Source: Gammaproteobacteria bacterium
Lineage (GTDB): Bacteria > Pseudomonadota > Gammaproteobacteria > Eutrophobiales > Eutrophobiaceae
Reading direction: 5' to 3'
DNA length: 64,000 nucleotides
Assembly: GCA_965238225.1 (NCBI GenBank)
Contig: OZ250183.1
Span: 416,001 to 480,000 of the forward strand
In this document: one piece after another, positions 60,738 to 64,000 of the stretch
Numbering within the stretch: position 1 is the stretch's first letter
Layout: every line of letters starts with the position of its first letter
Program-made: the position numbers and the translations under genes
Notes under the pieces: generated by a model
What the model saw: only the letters and a program-made list of their open reading frames with translations
Told to the model about the DNA's origin: nothing
Database searches by the model: none

Positions 60738-61297
60738 TTAATTGCTTCGGGTAATAAAAATTCTATAAGAAGTAATGGTTTATTTCGTATATGAAAAATT
60801 GAGCGTCTTCCCCAGAGTAGGCTGTCTTCGTCAATATCAATATTATATATTGGTTCATAAGGAATATTTGAAGTCTTTACTCCTGAAGTTTCTATATTTC
60901 TCCTATAAATCAGTTTATTCGAAAACAGATAGTCACCTAAAGGTTGGCTACCCCAGTGCGCGAGTCTTTTAGCTCCTAATAATGTGTGTGGAGGGATTAC
61001 AGTGCGCGCATATACCCAAGGCAGGTTGTTGCAGGTCAGAAATATCTCGCGTATCAGGCTATATCCGCTACTACGAACAGCAAGTAATTTAGACTCATCA
61101 GAATGTGGCTTTCTCCATGATTGTGCCTCAATATTTAACGAGATTCTATTCGATGAAAAATATTCCAAGTGTCTAATAAGTGAGCCAGTATCAAGCAAGC
61201 ACTTTCTGATATTACTAGATAGAGAATTGTTGGCTACGAGCCTGGCATCTTTCCATTTTATGGGCACAGGCTTAGAGCCTTTTAATAAACTACACAT
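60713..61297 (-). CDS. ubiC: chorismate pyruvate-lyase
   Basis: LLDTGSL, RE, PWVYARTVIP, GSQPLGDYLF, WGRRS, PLLLIEFLLP; directly upstream of ubiA. Confidence 0.9.
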   Translation of the reverse strand: MCSLLKGSKPVPIKWKDARLVANNSLSSNIRKCLLDTGSLIRHLEYFSSNRISLNIEAQSWRKPHSDESKLLAVRSSGYSLIREIFLTCNNLPWVYARTVIPPHTLLGAKRLAHWGSQPLGDYLFSNKLIYRRNIETSGVKTSNIPYEPIYNIDIDEDSLLWGRRSIFHIRNKPLLLIEFLLPEAIKCINFLKK

Positions 61298-63386
61298 TAC
61301 TATACTTAAGTTCCTTGGTCAGCCAGCGCTTGATTAGTAGATTTATTTGTTTTGGATATTTTTCTTGTAATATCTTTGTTGCCAGTTGAACATCGGCAAG
61401 TAACTTTGAATCTCGGAGGATATCTGCAATACGCAGGCTAGGCAGTCCGGTTTGTCGTGTGCCAGCCAGCTCGCCATGCCCTCTAAGCTGTAAATCTTTT
61501 TCAGCAATCTCAAAACCATCGTTTGTATTTCGCAGTGTCTCTAGCCTAGCACGTGCTAAATCCCCCAAAGGAGTTTGATACATTAAAATACAATCACTTT
61601 TTATATTGCCACGACCTACTCGACCGCGCAATTGATGTAGTTGAAACAGACCCAGTCGTTCGGCATTTTCAATAATCATAAGACTTGCATTTGGGGCATC
61701 AACGCCGACTTCAATAACGGTTGTTGCAACCAGTAATTGTATTTTGTTACTTTTAAAAGATGCCATAATGGCTTCCTTTTCTTTATTTTTCATTCTGCCA
61801 TGGATTAAGCCAACTTGAACACCGTTGAGTTTTTCCGACAGTTGCTTAAATGTTTCGGCGGCAGTCTGGCATTGTAATACTTCTGATTCTTCGATTAATG
61901 TACATACCCAATAAGCCTGTCGACCATTATCACAAGCTGTTTTTATCCTAGCACTTATATCATTGCGACGATCGTTTGAGATAACTACGGTATTAATATC
62001 TTGCCTGTTAGGCAGTGGGGTATCAATGATTGATATATCCAAATCTGCATAGACTGTCATAGCCAGTGTTCTAGGTATCGGCGTAGCTGTCATGATTAAC
62101 TGGTGTGGCATGCAATCTTTCACGATGCCCTTATTTAGTAAAGAAAGCCTTTGATGAACGCCAAATCGATGTTGCTCATCGATGATAATCAGGCCCAGAT
62201 CTATAAATGTAATGTCTTTTTGAAACAAAGCGTGTGTGCCAATGACAATGATGTGCTGTTTATTTTTAAGTATATTGAGGTTTAAATTACGTTCTGATTT
62301 TGATGTTTTCCCAGTTATTAACAATATTTCAATATTCAAATCTTGAAACCATTGGCTGAATGTCTGGAAATGTTGTTCAGCCAATAACTCTGTTGGTACC
62401 ATGAGCGCTACCTGACAATTAGATTGCGCAACATATAAAGCAGAAAGTGCCGCTACCACTGTTTTTCCTGAGCCGACATCACCTTGTAATAGCCTTAACA
62501 TAGGCATATTTTTCTGTAAATCTTGTTCTATTTCTCGCAAAACTTTTTCTTGCGCGGGAGTTAAAGAGAAATCCAGTTGCTGCATAAATTTATTTCTTAA
62601 TTGACCTTGGCACTTCATGGGGATAGCTTGCAATTCTTGTGTCTTTTGCCGAATCCGCTGCCAGTTTAAATGCTGGCTGAGTAATTCTTCAAAGGAGAGT
62701 CTTTGTTGTGTCGGGTGTTGGCATTCCTTCAATAATTGTAAATCTGCCTCTTGCGGTGGGCGGTGCACATAGTCTAAGGCATGAATCAGACCCGGCAGTT
62801 CAAAAGTTACTAGGAGTTCACTAGGTAATAATTCGACCGGTTTGTTTTTATGATTGTTTAACACATCCAAAGCCTGCGAAGTGAGTTTTTGCAGAGTCCT
62901 TTGTTGCAGACCGTCTGTCAGTGGATATATTGCAGTCAGTTGCTTATCAATCACAGGTGAATTATTTGGATCAATATTTCTATATTCAGGGTGCGCTATC
63001 TCTAAGGTATGTCTGCCTTTTCTGATTTGCCCATAACAACGCAGGACACCGCCTTTTTCAAGTCGTTGTTTCTGGGCTCTGGAAAAATGGAAGAATCTTA
63101 GCGTCAAGGTTCCTGTACCATCGTTAATTAAGCAGAGTAGGGAGCGTCTGCGGCCAAATTTAATTTTGGTGATCTCTATTGTTCCCTCAACCAGAGCTTC
63201 CTGCCCAGCTTGTAGATTGCCTATAAGAGAAAGCCGTGTCTTATCTTGGTAGCGCAAAGGTAAGTGAAACAGGCAATCTTGAATCGTCAAAATTCCTATG
63301 CGGCTTAATTTCTCTTCTATTTTAGAGCCGACTCCTAGTAGTTCTGAAACGGAGTCAGTGAGTGCAAGAGAAGTTTTATTGCCCAA
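61290..63386 (-). CDS. recG: ATP-dependent DNA helicase RecG
   Basis: HLPLRYQD, RLLQGDVGSGKT, DEQHRFGV, MTATPIPRTL, QLHQLRGRVGRG. Confidence 0.97.
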   Translation of the reverse strand: MGNKTSLALTDSVSELLGVGSKIEEKLSRIGILTIQDCLFHLPLRYQDKTRLSLIGNLQAGQEALVEGTIEITKIKFGRRRSLLCLINDGTGTLTLRFFHFSRAQKQRLEKGGVLRCYGQIRKGRHTLEIAHPEYRNIDPNNSPVIDKQLTAIYPLTDGLQQRTLQKLTSQALDVLNNHKNKPVELLPSELLVTFELPGLIHALDYVHRPPQEADLQLLKECQHPTQQRLSFEELLSQHLNWQRIRQKTQELQAIPMKCQGQLRNKFMQQLDFSLTPAQEKVLREIEQDLQKNMPMLRLLQGDVGSGKTVVAALSALYVAQSNCQVALMVPTELLAEQHFQTFSQWFQDLNIEILLITGKTSKSERNLNLNILKNKQHIIVIGTHALFQKDITFIDLGLIIIDEQHRFGVHQRLSLLNKGIVKDCMPHQLIMTATPIPRTLAMTVYADLDISIIDTPLPNRQDINTVVISNDRRNDISARIKTACDNGRQAYWVCTLIEESEVLQCQTAAETFKQLSEKLNGVQVGLIHGRMKNKEKEAIMASFKSNKIQLLVATTVIEVGVDAPNASLMIIENAERLGLFQLHQLRGRVGRGNIKSDCILMYQTPLGDLARARLETLRNTNDGFEIAEKDLQLRGHGELAGTRQTGLPSLRIADILRDSKLLADVQLATKILQEKYPKQINLLIKRWLTKELKYSNV

Positions 63387-63402
63387 AATTAGCTGCTTAT
63401 AA

Positions 63403-63789
63403 TTATTCAGGCAAGACTAAAATGGCATCCATCTCAATCAAAGCAGCTTTGGGCAACTGAGCTACACCGACAGTTGCCCTTGCTGGATATGGTTGATTGA
63501 AAAACTCAGACATAACTTCATTGACTAAAGGGAAATGACTAAGGTCAGTTAGATAAATGTTCAGCTTCGCTACGTCATCTGATGAACCGCCTGCTACCTT
63601 GGCAATTGCCATGAGGTTATTGAATACTTGGGTAATTTGTATGCGCATATCACCTTCAACAAGCTCCATAGTATATGGTGAAAGTGGAATTTGTCCTGAT
63701 ATATAAACAGTGTTGTCAATCTTTACAGCCTGTGAGTAAGTGCCTATTGCCTGTGGTGCTTTATCTGTAGAAATTATATTTTTTGTCAT
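63403..63789 (-). CDS. ridA: RidA/YjgF-family imine deaminase
   Basis: [32 protein letters not shown]; spoT-ridA-recG order. Confidence 0.92.
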   Translation of the reverse strand: MTKNIISTDKAPQAIGTYSQAVKIDNTVYISGQIPLSPYTMELVEGDMRIQITQVFNNLMAIAKVAGGSSDDVAKLNIYLTDLSHFPLVNEVMSEFFNQPYPARATVGVAQLPKAALIEMDAILVLPE

Positions 63790-63863
63790 TATAGATGTTT
63801 CTCCAAACATTAATTTTAAGCGATGCCATTAGCAACGAATATAATAAAAAAACAGTATTTATA

Positions 63864-64000
63864 TTATCTGCTTATATGGGAAATATGTTTGATACGTTTG
63901 ATACGTCGCATGACATGAGCCAAGTGTTGTCTATCTCTTACTTCTATATCGAATACTAATAGTATACTGCGATCATCTTTGTCCTCAATCTCAACACTCA
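63864..64000 (-). CDS. spoT: 3' end (ACT domain) of the (p)ppGpp synthetase/hydrolase; absent from the ORF track
   Basis: Minus strand reads SVEIEDKDDRSILLVFDIEVRDRQHLAHVMRRIKRIKHISHISR-stop; located upstream of ridA-recG. Confidence 0.85.
   Translation of the reverse strand, partial: SVEIEDKDDRSILLVFDIEVRDRQHLAHVMRRIKRIKHISHISR

Overview
This is a low-GC (roughly 40% by eye) gammaproteobacterial chromosomal segment made almost entirely of housekeeping operons. In order: murA-hisG-hisD plus a hisC pseudogene; degS; petABC-sspAB; dolP-gmhA-yraN-lpoA / rsmI; rnpB; a complete dcw cluster (mraZ to lpxC); dciA, an M23 peptidase, secA, argJ and a Nudix fusion; pilBCD-coaE-zapD-yacG; rluD, bamD and nadE; pilS-pilR with two tandem type IVa pilins; and ubiA-ubiC-recG-ridA-spoT (partial). 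There are two accessory genes: a higher-GC lipoprotein subtilase with a probable beta-barrel C-terminus between rsmI and rnpB, and a 1003-aa membrane protein fused to a spermidine-synthase-like domain, divergent from pilSR. The best candidates for something undescribed are: (i) that membrane SAM-fold enzyme inside the pilus locus, whose shared promoter region with pilS is bracketed by a perfect 12-bp inverted repeat; (ii) long, nested, mutually unrelated fold-backs in most larger intergenic spacers; (iii) signs of drift, including a MutT catalytic Glu>Gly change, repeated conserved Arg>Cys(TGT) changes, probable ATA/ATT starts for murG and pilD, and N-terminal frameshifts in dciA and ftsI; (iv) an apparent inversion of about 12.5 kb separating pilSR-pilins from pilBCD. 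No CRISPR array, tRNA, rRNA, transposase or integrase was seen. All family assignments come from motif recognition and gene order, not database searches.
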